A DNA stretch of 64,000 nt, taken from Lingula anatina (Eukaryota > Animalia > Brachiopoda). The notes under the pieces were generated by a model. That model did not search any database. It worked only from the letters and a program-made list of their open reading frames with translations, and was not told the origin of the DNA. The stretch spans positions 2,418,001 through 2,482,000 of the forward strand of contig CM120645.1 in NCBI GenBank assembly GCA_051362555.1, read 5' to 3'. Positions 1 to 12,506 of this stretch are shown piece after piece; position 1 is the stretch's first letter; the number at the start of each line of letters is the position of its first letter. A program made the position numbers and the translations under genes.

Positions 1-2168
1 AGCCTGATTAGATTCTTGTATTGAAGTTACGTAGTTTTTGTGAAATTATCATTTTCACATATTGGCATTTTCAATGTGGAAATTTGAAATCCCATGGGCC
101 TGAAGTCCTGTTATCATTTTCTGAATGTCCAAGTTACTTTTAGCATACTGAAATGCAGCGAGTAACGTTTTATCGTATTGCATCAAAATTGACAATTATT
201 CACTGTCGTTATTTCTGCTTTATATCTGTACATTTGACAGCTTAACTACCGTTAAAGCATTGAATCCTTGTATCAGGCCCTCGATTATTCTGAACAACCT
301 ATTAAAACTACAGGTCTATGCATTTTGAGTTTCAAAATGTTAACAACCAAGTGCCATATTATGTCTCTCTATATATCACATGTACCACGAAGGCAGGGGA
401 CGGGAAGCAACCGTTGGTCACCATCGCGGCTTTCTGTGTCAGATTCTGTCAATCAAAAATTTATGGACTGGGATACAAAAGCTGAGATCAAATTAGACCT
501 GACATACATATGCACCAGTCACCACAAGTTTCAAAATAAACAATTGATTTGTCTGTTTTCTATTCACCAGAAAGACATTTCAATGCAGTGATTTGCATCT
601 TCAAAACAGGACACGCACAAACTTCAAAGAGAGTTTTAAAAAGATATACAGGAAGCTAGAGTTACTGTCTTGTAACGTATATGAATTATTAGTGCTAGTT
701 TCTTACACGACACAAATAAAATCCACATGCCAAAAATAAATGAATAAATAGATAAATAAATAAATAAAAGATAGAAAAGACCATTAATCTCCTGGACAGC
801 AGAAAAAACCTTTAAACTATCCCTTCTACAAATGTCTTGTCGTAAATTTGACCTAATATTTCCCTCCAGTCTATAAAGCGCAGAAGTAATAGAAAATATC
901 TGTGCAAATATCATTTTTTGAGAAGAAATGATGTAACGAAACTCTGCGGCATATCTTCAAGTTATCCATTTTGATAATATACGGTCGCATTTGGTCAAAA
1001 TTTGAACCAATGATTTGACATAATATGACATAAGTACCTGCGTAATATGCATCTTTAAGATAAAAAAATTCAAAGGCAATAAAAACATTAGACGCAAGGT
1101 GATTTTTGCCCTTGAAACCCCCCCCCCCCCCCCCCCCCCCAAACGAGCACAGTGATATCTAAAAAATGGCAATATCCCACAGGGAATTTCACATCGCCTG
1201 CGACACCTGCGTTTTGCGCGTCCTCCCTGTTAATGTGTCATCGCTGTATCGTCCCCAGAGGAGAACAATCGATAAGCGATGAAAATCGATAGAAGCAATA
1301 TCACGTTCAACATGCTAACGTAAACGCAATCTTGTGGTGAAGACAAAACACTGCAATAATACTAATCTGCTTTGAAAATACAAGCTCAGTGTGTGTCTAG
1401 TGTCTAAATGTACATATTAACAAGACCAGCCTTCTTTTCTACGGTGCCTTATATCGACTGTGGCGTTCGCGGACTTAAATGGCGCGTTAGACCTTCGTAT
1501 AGCAAAAGTTTTCTTTTCCAGGAATTTTTTTCAGCTTTCTCTTTTTTTACCATGGCATACCCTATCCAAAAACGTCAAGGATATAACTATCTTCCCTCCT
1601 TCCAGTTTATAACTTCTAACTTTACCGTTGCTAGTGAAATTGATCTCTCTCTCTCTCTCTCCCAGACGACACTGTCTCAAAAACTAGATACTTAGAACTA
1701 AAAATGGAATTGCGGTTTATGGATCGTAATTCTGTGAAAACTTCTGGATATAATATACGTTAGTGGTTAGGGGAAAATGTTGCTATTTCCTGGAAAATAC
1801 AAATATTTTGCTATATTAAGCACTTAAGCTCACTATGTGTCTTTAGTCGCAAGTTGCCGCAGTGATAACGCTTTCGTGTTTTTAGCAGAATTTTGCAAAA
1901 GACCAATTCTTATTGCCCTTTATCTTAATGCCAAGAAGGCGCTACTTGCGTTGTCATGGTTGCACATTCATTGACGCCGTGGTTTAGAGAGCTTATGTTG
2001 TAAATAAATAGATGTGCTTTGTTGTTTGTTTATTTGTATAAGGACTAAAAGCAAAGAAACTTTCGTCTTATCTCTCGAAACGTAAAAAAGACTTCTATAT
2101 TACACGACGTACATTAAGCACATTCAGAGCAAGATGATCCGCGGACCAAATACGACCGACCGAATTAA

Positions 2169-2312
2169 AAGCGTTGTCGTTAATTCCCTGATGGTGTCCC
2201 CGCCTCCACACGCGCTGCTGCTGCAGAGGCCTAACAATTAAGCCTCGGAGCCGAGGTCAAATAAATTTAATGGCGGAGGAGGGGAGATCATCAGAGAATT
2301 AGCGGCATCGCT
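2169..2312. mobile_element. Degenerate MITE-like inverted repeat flanked by TTAA (Kolobok/piggyBac-type target site)
   Basis: The left arm AAGCGTTGTCGTTAATTCCCTGATGGTGTCCCCGCCTCC is an imperfect reverse complement of the right arm GGAGGAGGGGAGATCATCAGAGAATTAGCGGCATCGCT. TTAA occurs at 2165-2168 and 2313-2316. Confidence 0.6.
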
Positions 2313-3446
2313 TTAACGTGGGGCAGATCAGTTAGTCTGCGGGTCACCTGCTCTGAATGTGCTAATGAGGTTCAACTCCAAGCCGTGTAGGATGGCGGAG
2401 CTCCTGTACAAGACTACCAAGAGTTGATGGCGCGTTGTTTTCGATTTTTTATTACAGGGTTTCTTCCATTATCCCTAGACAAGTTTTTATGACCTGTCGA
2501 CTCACTCAGTATGATTTCGTGAATTAAGATTGAATTTAATATGAACGTTCTCTGAACCCGAGACCTACGTGAACTGCTTTCGTTTACTCTTTTCCTCATT
2601 TATCGCTCGTCTTTTTTTAATGCTTAAACCATAATATGCTTTTATTAATATTTCAGCTGTGAGATAGATCCGTAAGTATAAAGCACAACCATTTAAAACG
2701 TGTGATTATTTGTGGTGAGGGTTTCTTCCTTTAATGCATTATTATTTACTTTTTAGGAACGGGTCCGATTTCTTTAGATGAGACGATCTTCAACTTCCTC
2801 TTATACAGAGATTGTACTAAGTTACTAATATATAATCTATGTGTGAAAATCTAATGCAAGCACGATATCGTGGGGTTTCTAGAACAAATCTTAAATTCCT
2901 TATGATATAGAACTGGGTAGTAATTACTTACACTACAATCTTTTTTCTCGGAATGGGAAGTAAAATAAATATGACTGAGTTCGGCTAATGTGGACGTTTT
3001 TTATTCTCGGGTGAACGGTTAACATGGATGTCGTGCGGAAAGAATCTCGGGTTTGGGTGGATTCTATTCTTTAGGGAATGGCAGTTACTCTCTTTGGTAT
3101 AGTTTTGTTTTGTTTAGTTCAGTAAATTGGATGGATTGCAAATTATTCAACATAATGATGGCTGTCGTATTTCAACTTTTGATGAATTATTGAGTTGTCT
3201 GGCCTGTTTTATTCTGCTGCAGTATTATGCTGTTCGTTGGGAAAATAAAATATATATATTCTCTTATGTGGGTATTACAGTCACGTCAACTGTATGGCTT
3301 TTGCTCACAAATATGAATCTCGAATAGATATTATTAAATGTTTGTCGGTAATATATGTAACATCTATAGACTATATTTTACTTTACTCGTGTTCAATAAC
3401 TTACATATTATCAAATATTGTAAAAATGCAACATTTATACAAAAAG

Positions 3447-3520
3447 AGGCCCTACTGGGATTCGAACCCAGGATCTCCTGTTTACTAGACAGGCGCTTTA
3501 ACCAACTAAGCCATAGAGCC
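3447..3520 (-). tRNA. trnT-AGT: tRNA-Thr (anticodon AGT)
   Basis: The minus strand reads GGCTCTATGGCTTAGTTGGTTAAAGCGCCTGTCTAGTAAACAGGAGATCCTGGGTTCGAATCCCAGTAGGGCCT. It has an acceptor stem, A-box, anticodon arm CCTGT-CT-AGT-AA-ACAGG and T-loop GGTTCGAATCCC. A TTTTT Pol III terminator follows immediately (3441-3445). Confidence 0.97.
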
Positions 3521-4204
3521 GAGATGGTGATGACGACTTCCATTTCTTCTCTTACCCATTGTTCATCTTATGCCACATAGTTATGAACACGTCCTGTGTG
3601 TTATTTCTTATCTGATAATGTATCCCATACACTTAAAATTCATGTTTCTACCTGGACGTTATGGTCATCAGATTTATCATAAAATAATCGCAAATTAAAG
3701 ATTAAACTGAGCAATTCGATTTATGCGTTTTTTGCTATCAAAGAATAATTCGATGAACGCCCACTTTGCTGGTCAATTATTTTGGCCGAGTGTTTCTTTA
3801 ACTTAATAGCCGAGCTACAGCAATCAGATTATCGATAAACGAAGTGGAGTTGATGAGCATTTTTAGATACGTCCTTATCAAATCGGAGGGAATTACTAGT
3901 AATTTGTTGGTTTTGTTATCAGACTCAGCTACAGAACAGGCCTGTGAGGACAGCTGTTTGGGTCTTTGGGGTCTCACATAGGTATTTATATAAGAGTGCT
4001 GAAAACCCAAATTGAAAAATGCCATTGATAATTAGGCTCAAATGTTTATGATACCACAGAACAATCGTTCTCCGTACTGTAAATGGTTCATAGTTTATGA
4101 ATATGGTAGGACTTGAGGAGCATCACATAAGGTTTTTCATAAATTTCCCCCCCCCCCTTTATGTCTTATAGAACTACCTTTTATAGTTATACTAATGTCA
4201 GTAA

Positions 4205-4207
<3 letters not shown>

Positions 4208-4250
<43 letters not shown>
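4208..4250. repeat. (TAA)n microsatellite
   Basis: Direct perfect trinucleotide run; a second run lies at ~5901-5935. Confidence 0.95.
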
Positions 4251-4251
<1 letters not shown>

Positions 4252-5442
4252 GCTAAGGCTTTACAGCAACTTTTCTATGACCTGAAATCAGATAAAGATC
4301 AACCTACTGTAATTCTACGAAAGAGGTCAGGTGCTAAATAGCTGCTTTTTAACTGTTCCACCTATTTCTGACTGTCTGTAAAACAAACAGCAGCCTTCTT
4401 GAGATATTCATCATATGAGGACTTTCGGAGAGCGTTGCATGCAGTACTGTAGTATAACCCTGTAGGAAAATATGTTACTTAGTGTCACTGGTAATTTTTT
4501 TTTTTTTTTTCGTTTCCAGTTGGATATATTTGAATTCATCTGTCACATTCTTTTTAGTTTGTGGTTCCGGGATTACCGAAAACATGTCTCCCATCGTTAT
4601 TGGGGGAAAACATACTCCGTTCGTGTGAGAGAGACGCATCAAAGTATATCAAATAACGCAAAATTAAGTCGCTCTCAGTTAATCACAAACCAATTAGCAC
4701 AAATGTATTGCGAAACGCTTCGAGTTCTGTCAGATAAATCAGAATTGATCACGAATATACGCTGTACTTACCACCATACAGATTTTAGGTGTGAAATCTT
4801 ACAGTGATTTATTGTCTCGTTGCATTCATCGTTGTTATTATGTGGTTTGTACAGAACTACCACCGCGATGAGGAGGAAGGTTTATTGTGCAGAGCTTGTC
4901 GCAAAATTGGACAAGTCATTACTGTGGGATAAAACGCACAAAGATTTGTAGAAATCAGCGCAGACTCAATGGCGTCTGCCTTAATTATTATTTTTTTCAG
5001 CAGTTAAGAAATCTACTTTGTGATATCGCAAAAAACATTACCCCATAAACTATAAAATAAGAACATAATTGTTCGCTACAGAGACAGGTTTTTTCCAAAA
5101 GGTGTCTTTTATTCCCAATTTTCAATCGATTCGACAAAATCATTCTGGTATTAGGATTAAAGCATAAGATACTTAATTTTTTATGTGAGTTATTGATATT
5201 GCAATTGCATACTACTTTGTCGTAATATTGGATCAAGAGTAGACTAAGTGTTTTTGTATTGCATCAAACTCTATTTATTGCATTTACTGTTTTTAGATTA
5301 CTAGCGACTTGATAATACTGCCCATTTCCGTTGTTATACCGGTGTGGAAGTAAGCAGGACACAATGCCTCAATTATTATTCCAGGTATATCACATGAGAT
5401 ACGCTAAATCAAACGCCAATATTCCTTTTTTTTTTCTTACAG

Positions 5443-5899
5443 GATATCCACGGACGTTATCATACTTGTCTCCACCATCTTAATACCGTTCTCCATGTTC
5501 GTTGTTCCCTTCTGCGGGGTGTTGTCGACCCTGGGGGTGGTGCTAGCTCTCATGGGGCTCAACATGGGAGTGATTGATTGCTTGGCAAACTTACAGATGA
5601 TCAGTTTATATGGGGAGCTGGTGGCGCCATTTTTACAGGTTTGTTTTGTGTTGCCTTTGAAAGACATGGGCTTTAGTCCTTTATAAAGTCAAAATTAATT
5701 TTAACTCTTTCCCCTTCTATCATCCTGTTTTCTTTCTTTTTTTTCCGATACGAGTGCAATCTCTCTCTCTCTCTCTTATCTTGCTAAATAATCAAAATTT
5801 TTGAAGGTGATTTCTTTTTCATCTTTTGTAATCTTTACTTTTATTTAAAAAATGTGTTTGTGTGTATGTTTGTGTGTGCGCCGGTGCGCGCGCTAATTG

Positions 5900-5935
<36 letters not shown>

Positions 5936-5981
5936 TTATTGAGCACAGAGATGTTTTTACATTTAAAGGCTCTCTCACTAC

Positions 5982-6023
<42 letters not shown>

Positions 6024-9000
6024 AGTAATTTATTGATGACAGTAAATATGTTCTCCCTTGTTCTGCGACGCTCTTACATATTTTATGCAACGCTATGAAT
6101 CAAAAACATAATTAATGCAAAAGCTTTCACCCGCTGGGGATAAACACCCCTTAAAAGTCTATAAATGATGAGCACGTTCCATTAAAAAATAATGGACATT
6201 AGACCAAATTTTCCCATACCTAATATACAAACCACACTGTCCAGTTTCGGGCCACCGCGTTTAGGTGCAGCTAAGGTGAAAAGCCATGTTTAATTAGTCT
6301 CTCTTCAGAGTCAACCATATTCAGTATCCTGCATGCGAGATGGCAATCGCATCAGGGATAAGTGGCCTATAATATTGCGGTGCCTTTTGTAATGCTGCAA
6401 ATTGATAAGTATTCTGATATGTCGACAGAAATGATGATACATATAGTTTAGTCGATAATATACACGTTAGCTTCAAAGTCACGAAACGCATGCTATGATT
6501 GGCCAATTTTGTGACCAATTCATACTATCAATACGATGCAAGGCAATTTTGGAAGACTCGTGCCGATGGGGACATGACCGGGGGAAAACTGCAGGCATAA
6601 AGACAATATGGAAAGATATGAATGATGATGGCCAATTAAGTTGAATAAATACAGTAGCTAAAGTTACAATAAAATTATTATACAAAATGTGAAACTAGAA
6701 AGATATTAAAAACAGAAAGTTTCAGAACAAATTATACGTGTACATTTGATATTATTTTGCTTTTGGTGGGATGAAATGTTATATCTAAGGCGGACAAGCA
6801 TTTCAATCGTCACGCACTCAATTAAACATGGCAAATCAACTTATTTTCAGGCGATGCATTTTTGCTACGGCTTTGGCGCCTTCGTCAGCCCGATGATTGC
6901 CGAACCTTTTCTCTTGAACGAAGACTGCACGCCGTTTATAATAGGGGTAGAAAATATGACGGACGCCGACGGTCTCATCCCCCTTAACGACTCGTCCCTA
7001 CCCGCACACAGCGTCTCTGAAGCTCAAAGGATGACTCATGTGAAATACGCTTTCTGGTTGATGTCGCTTGTGCAGGTAAATAACAGCTGTCGCTTCTACG
7101 GAAAGACTCCAGTTCCAAAGAGTGGGGTCTTAATTTTCATGATTATTTTTCGGTCTTTTTTTTCGGTCTACTTTGATTCAGGATACAGTGGTTCACTTTA
7201 TGAGAGTAGCCACTGGTCTAAATCGTAAGCCGTTTCTTTCTTGTTACAAAACAGGCGCAATGCTTCATTTAATTACACTAGCTCTGATTTATTCTGGGTC
7301 AAAGTTGGCTAAAACTTAGTCTAAAAGTGATTGTTTGTTTTTGGTCTGCAGTTCTTTAAAACGGCACTTCGTTGGCAGATTGGTGCATCATCTCCCATCC
7401 ACTCACACAAATGCACGCTTACGGAATGAACCAGACCTCAGATGAACTAAACCCATTGATTGTTGTCATAATTCAGATAAGAGATAATAAAGCAAATAAT
7501 GACTGGGAACAACAATATTAGAAAGGTAGATCATTGTGTTAGGTGTACTTTTTGAATTGCTTATTTCTCAACAGTCGCATTCTGCACAATGCTCGCTGCT
7601 TCAACCCTTTTGGACATGAGTCACACGCCAGAACAATATTGAAGTGTTCCTGGCGCAAACCACTACATTAAAATGCAGCCTTTTCCTTCTGTTTTTCTTC
7701 TTTTCATTTATTCATCATTTTTTTTTCAGCTGCCAATTCCGCTTTTGGTGTGCAGTCTTGTCTTCAAGGACCAGCTATGCCGGGCGCTACGCAATACTTT
7801 TGGAGACTCCAAGTTATTCTCGGCAGAAAGCACTCTGTCTGTCAATCACTCCGCAGCAATAAATGGTGACATGGAACTTGAAGGTACTTGTACGGGAAAT
7901 AAGACATGATTTTGGAAATTTTTGAAGAATATTATTATGTATTGAAAACAGACTTTGAGTGTGTTTCAGTTTAAATGCTGTGAAATGGCACATCTTTAAT
8001 AGTAATTAGTCACAGATATACGCTTTAATTTTACAAAATTAAATAACAATTTGATTTGACATAAATTTAATGGTGATTGAATTTATTTCTTCCCAGGGAA
8101 AGGGGAGACAAAATTCTTCAGCCAGTTCCATCACATAGCAGGAATAGACCCAAAGACAGAGTTCAAGATCAGCAAGAAAGAAATTATTGGCATCTCAGCC
8201 TTGACAGCTCTTATTCTATTTATGTATGACGGTTTACAAGTATGTAACCTATTGTTATTATTTTTACTTTCTGTTCTTTATGAAGTGTATTCTGGACATC
8301 AAAGAAAAAGCCTTTTTTGCACACCCCATCCAGTGTCATATAAAATTATCATTATTTTAGCAGTACAAGTAATACTAGTATTTATTAACAATGTTTATTT
8401 ACAATGTTTGAAAAGCTGTCTTTTTACAAGACTTAAGTATATGTTTTCTACCTTTTCTGCCTATAAGCCCAGGAAGGGGGCCTGGTCACAACCATGAGTA
8501 TTTTATTTTTATGTTGATTGTTTCTTTCACTTTCCTTCTATATCAGTGTTCCTCTTTGGACAAAACATCTTTCAGATAGAAAAACTTGTCTAGTCTCTTT
8601 AGAAACAATTTATTTTTATGTCATGCTCATGATTAATTTTCATATTTTTTCATCCATTTTACAGTCAGTATATGGAGGATATGTTTACTCCTATGCTCTC
8701 AAAAGTATTGTTGGTCTTAACAAGACAGAGGGAGCTTATCTGAACGCTTTATTTTGGGTAAGTCATATTTAGTTTTTTTAAATAAGCATGTATGTATGAC
8801 GAAGAACTAGGCCATCTTTTTTCATACCACTCTTAAGCCCCGTGCAAAGTCCTATTGTTGTTTAAAGTTAAGAAGACAAACTACCAGTGATTTTTTTTTA
8901 AATAAAAAAAATAGAAAAGTTTCAATGGCAAATTTGTGTTATGCCTTTAACGGTCAATGTCTCATCCTTTCAAATTATTATAAAGAAAATAACATTAAAT

Positions 9001-10963
9001 TATTTATCACCAGTTTAAGAGACTGACAAATAAGAGCTTTTAAGATTTGTTATTTTGCCACAAATAATTTTTGTTTTTTCAGGGCACATTTGCTCTTGGT
9101 AGACTTGTATCCATTCCACTAGCCACCAAATTTTCTTCAGCATTTATGCTTATCTGCAACATAGTAAGTATAGAATGTGCTCTGTGGTAAAGGTCTGTGA
9201 GAGTACTGGATGGCAATGGTTGTGACTGGTGTAGCAACAGAACTGTCATCATTGTGTCAGGTGCGACAGTAGAATGTGCTCATTGTGTGAGGTGTCAGCA
9301 TTTGGATGTGACAACCAAAAAATGTGTTTATTGCGGCAAATGTGCCAGTTTAAAGCTGATTATTATTAGGTGTGACAGCAATTACTTTATTGTGATAGCT
9401 GTGATAAAACATTATTCAAAGTAAATCAAAATTATGTATTGATATTTTTCCATAAAATTTTCCATTCTCGAAAAATCTATCTTCTTTTTTTCCAGTCTGG
9501 TTGTGTGATATCTATGATATTAATACTGAGTCTGCGGCACAATCACATTGCCCTGTATTTTGGTACAGCTTTCTTTGGGGCCTTCCTGAGCAGTGTGGCT
9601 CCCACCACGATATCTCTAGCAGAACAGTTCATAGATATCAACTGTAAGTAAATGAAATAAGTAAATCATGTCATAAATATGTTTTATCATTAACCATAAT
9701 ATATCTGTAAAAAAAATTAAGATATTTTTGTAAATGTAAGAAGGAAGTGTGAAAATTCTTAAATACAAGCACCATAAAAAAGATTTAAAGGGGTAAAAGC
9801 TCTTCATATACAATTCAAAATTCCTCAAAAAAGACATTGTAAACAACATGTAGAAATATAATACATTTCATTTACCACCAAAACATGCATTATCCCAATT
9901 ATTCTGAAACCTGTGCTTGCCATCAGATGGCTTCCTTCCATAATAATGAGATTATTACAAAACCACACTGAAAAAAACACTACACTAACTTTAAATGTTG
10001 GAAGGGATTCATAAAAAACTGGAAAGTTTAGGCAATTAATGTCTTTTACCTCAGGAAAATCAGTTTCATTTTTGTTTCCTTCATTCCAGCCACCATCACC
10101 ACAGTAATTATTGTCAGTGCTGCCATGGGAGAGATGATATTTCCAGTGATAGTGGGACAGGTATGGCATGTGCTTGCATGCACACACACACACACACACA
10201 CACACACCACAGTTCATTAGCTGTAACATATTCATTTATTTGTTTATTTATGCACTTATTTCTTCTGTTGTTTTATTCAATATTTTATTTATATACCTAT
10301 TTTCTTATTCATAATTTGGTCATTTTCAGTCAAGATGTTATTTTCATTCTTCATTCTGAAATGCCAGGTCATTTAAAGAGACTGAGTTTCCTTAATTCTT
10401 TTATGTGTCAATTTATACACTTATCTACATGAAATAAATAGATATTACAATTTGATGGTAAATGTTATTTAACAGCGCATTTATCCTATGCTCTTTTATT
10501 AATAAACAAAGATAATTAGAGGCTGTACTGTTTGTCTCTAAGTATATACCTGGTGTAAGGTTATTACTGAAAATTGTCATGCACCCTATATTTCCCATAT
10601 TTTCCTTTTAATAATTTTTAACTGCTCACCAAAATGTATTTACTGGTATGAAAGCAATAAACATTTCATAAATATTGAATCATAACAACTTTGATTATCA
10701 CTAACAGGAAAATGTGCAGGGAGTGGTTATTAAAATTCATTTTCAATTGTTTAAATTGTATGAGTAATTACCAAAGTAATGTCTTGGGCCATTATGGAAT
10801 AGTCATAACATTCTTACAGATGCAATATTTCGTTTCTTTTTTCCAGATGTTTGTTGACCTTGGTCCAGTCAGTTTTCTGATATTTGAATGCAGCATCTGC
10901 ATATTTTCTTTACTCGTATATGTTGCCATATGGATGGCAGGCAGTGGTACTTCAAAGTATAAA

Positions 10964-11024
<61 letters not shown>

Positions 11025-11324
11025 CTATATGATTAATGTATGTTAGAGTTACAGGAATGTAACTTTATTATTCTACAACCTAACTCTACAAGACTAGACG
11101 ATCAACATAATGATTGTGCCTCGTTGCCCTCACAAGAATATCCCAATGTTTTTTTTTTTTCATTGTCACAACTACCACAATCAGACTACTCATTCACAAT
11201 GAAATTTGTACAGGAGGCAAAAATATATTGTATTTATGACTGTTTAGCACTTGAAACACCTGACGCACTGCTTCCAAATGTACATATTCAACACAGCAGA
11301 TATTTATGACGCATCTGAAATGTG

Positions 11325-11412
<88 letters not shown>

Positions 11413-11942
11413 TTATTGCAAATCTCAAATAAGTACAGATTTCAGCAAAAAATATAAAATTTATAAATAACTAAATAAAAATCACACTCATTCTCTCACT
11501 CACTCACTCACAAAGAGACACTCAGTCATTTGCAATATATATCTATATAGTTACTGTGTCATTTAATATATATGTCAACAACGATATATTGATAACCTAA
11601 TAGTAAAATACTTAATAAATAATATGATCTAATACAGATAAAAACAAATATGTTTGAAATGTGAAATATGCTTGAATTTAAAATAAATACTCATGATTAA
11701 GAATTAATCTTTTTTTTTTCACTCCAGCCACAAGCGGCGGTTCATTCGTGTGGTGCTCAGCACATATCAACAAGCACAAGACGCATGAAAAAGGGACTGT
11801 CAAAACCACTGTCAAATATTACAGCCGAATGTCAGAAAGTGTCAGTGACACAGACATGGATGAATACCAGGGTATTCCAGGCTATAAAACGACCCCACAC
11901 TACCCACAGAAAGACATCGAACAAAACGGCCAAAATAAGTAG
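5443..11942 (+). CDS. MFSD4A: MFS transporter, MFSD4A-like (major facilitator superfamily domain-containing protein 4 / Na-dependent glucose transporter 1 family); 5'-partial, 10 exons visible
   Basis: Phase-consistent AG/GT exons: 5443-5638, 6851-7075, 7730-7883, 8097-8239, 8665-8757, 9083-9163, 9496-9643, 10090-10160, 10847-10964, 11728-11942 (TAG). The spliced peptide contains ALMGLNMGVIDCLANLQMISLYG..PFLQAMHFCYGFGAFVSPMIAEPFL, YAFWLMSLVQLPIP, LFMYDGLQSVYGGYVYSYA, FWGTFALGRLVSIP and AAMGEMIFPVIVGQ. These match recalled vertebrate MFSD4A motifs (LAGLAMGCIDTVANMQL, FLQVLHFFVGFGALLSPLIADPFL, FWGFITLGRLLSIP). The N-terminal exon(s) were not found in the window. Confidence 0.92.
5984..6020. repeat. 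(TG)n microsatellite
   Basis: Direct dinucleotide run in an MFSD4A intron. Confidence 0.95.
10967..11020. repeat. (GA)n microsatellite directly after a splice donor
   Basis: The run starts immediately after the GT of the donor at 10965. Confidence 0.95.
11327..11404. repeat. (TA)n microsatellite
   Basis: Direct dinucleotide run; another lies at ~37466-37523. Confidence 0.95.
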
Positions 11943-12506
11943 ATGGATGTCAGAAGTCGTCATTGGCACATGTCAGCACATGGATGTGAGCAAATGTCTT
12001 TGGCACAAATGTCAGTAGATGGGTGTCAGAAAATGGCATTGACACAGATGTCATAGTGGAAATGACATGGCAATAAATACAAAAAAATTGTAGTGACACT
12101 AAAATACCTGAGAGAAACAACATAATCAGGATTATTGAAATGTGAGGTGGTGTCAGTTCCATGTGGATTGATGTTGGAAAATGCCAATAGCATTTGTAAG
12201 CAGTCAGAACCAGAGGTGACCTAGAAGGTGTCAAAAACAGATAATTCCTAAATGTCAGCTTGTATCAAAACTGGCACTAGCAAATAAATAAACTGACACT
12301 AGAAAGAATTAAGACAGGCCAGTACACAGACAATACGAGGGCAATCAAAAAAGCACATAATAAAACGTCGTAAGAACATGATTCTTGGCAATACATTTAA
12401 TGTATATTTCATGAAACATTGATGTTAATATAATACCCAGGACTGACTTACTGACACTTTGACTTATCTAGTAGGACCCATGTTGCAATACTTTATTTAA
12501 ATGTGG

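Noticed and set aside
268-5236. Short ORFs at the window start, examined for the missing MFSD4A N-terminal exon
   Set aside because: No segment resembling the expected FLGPTLLDL-type motif was found, and the ORFs look like random AT-rich translation.
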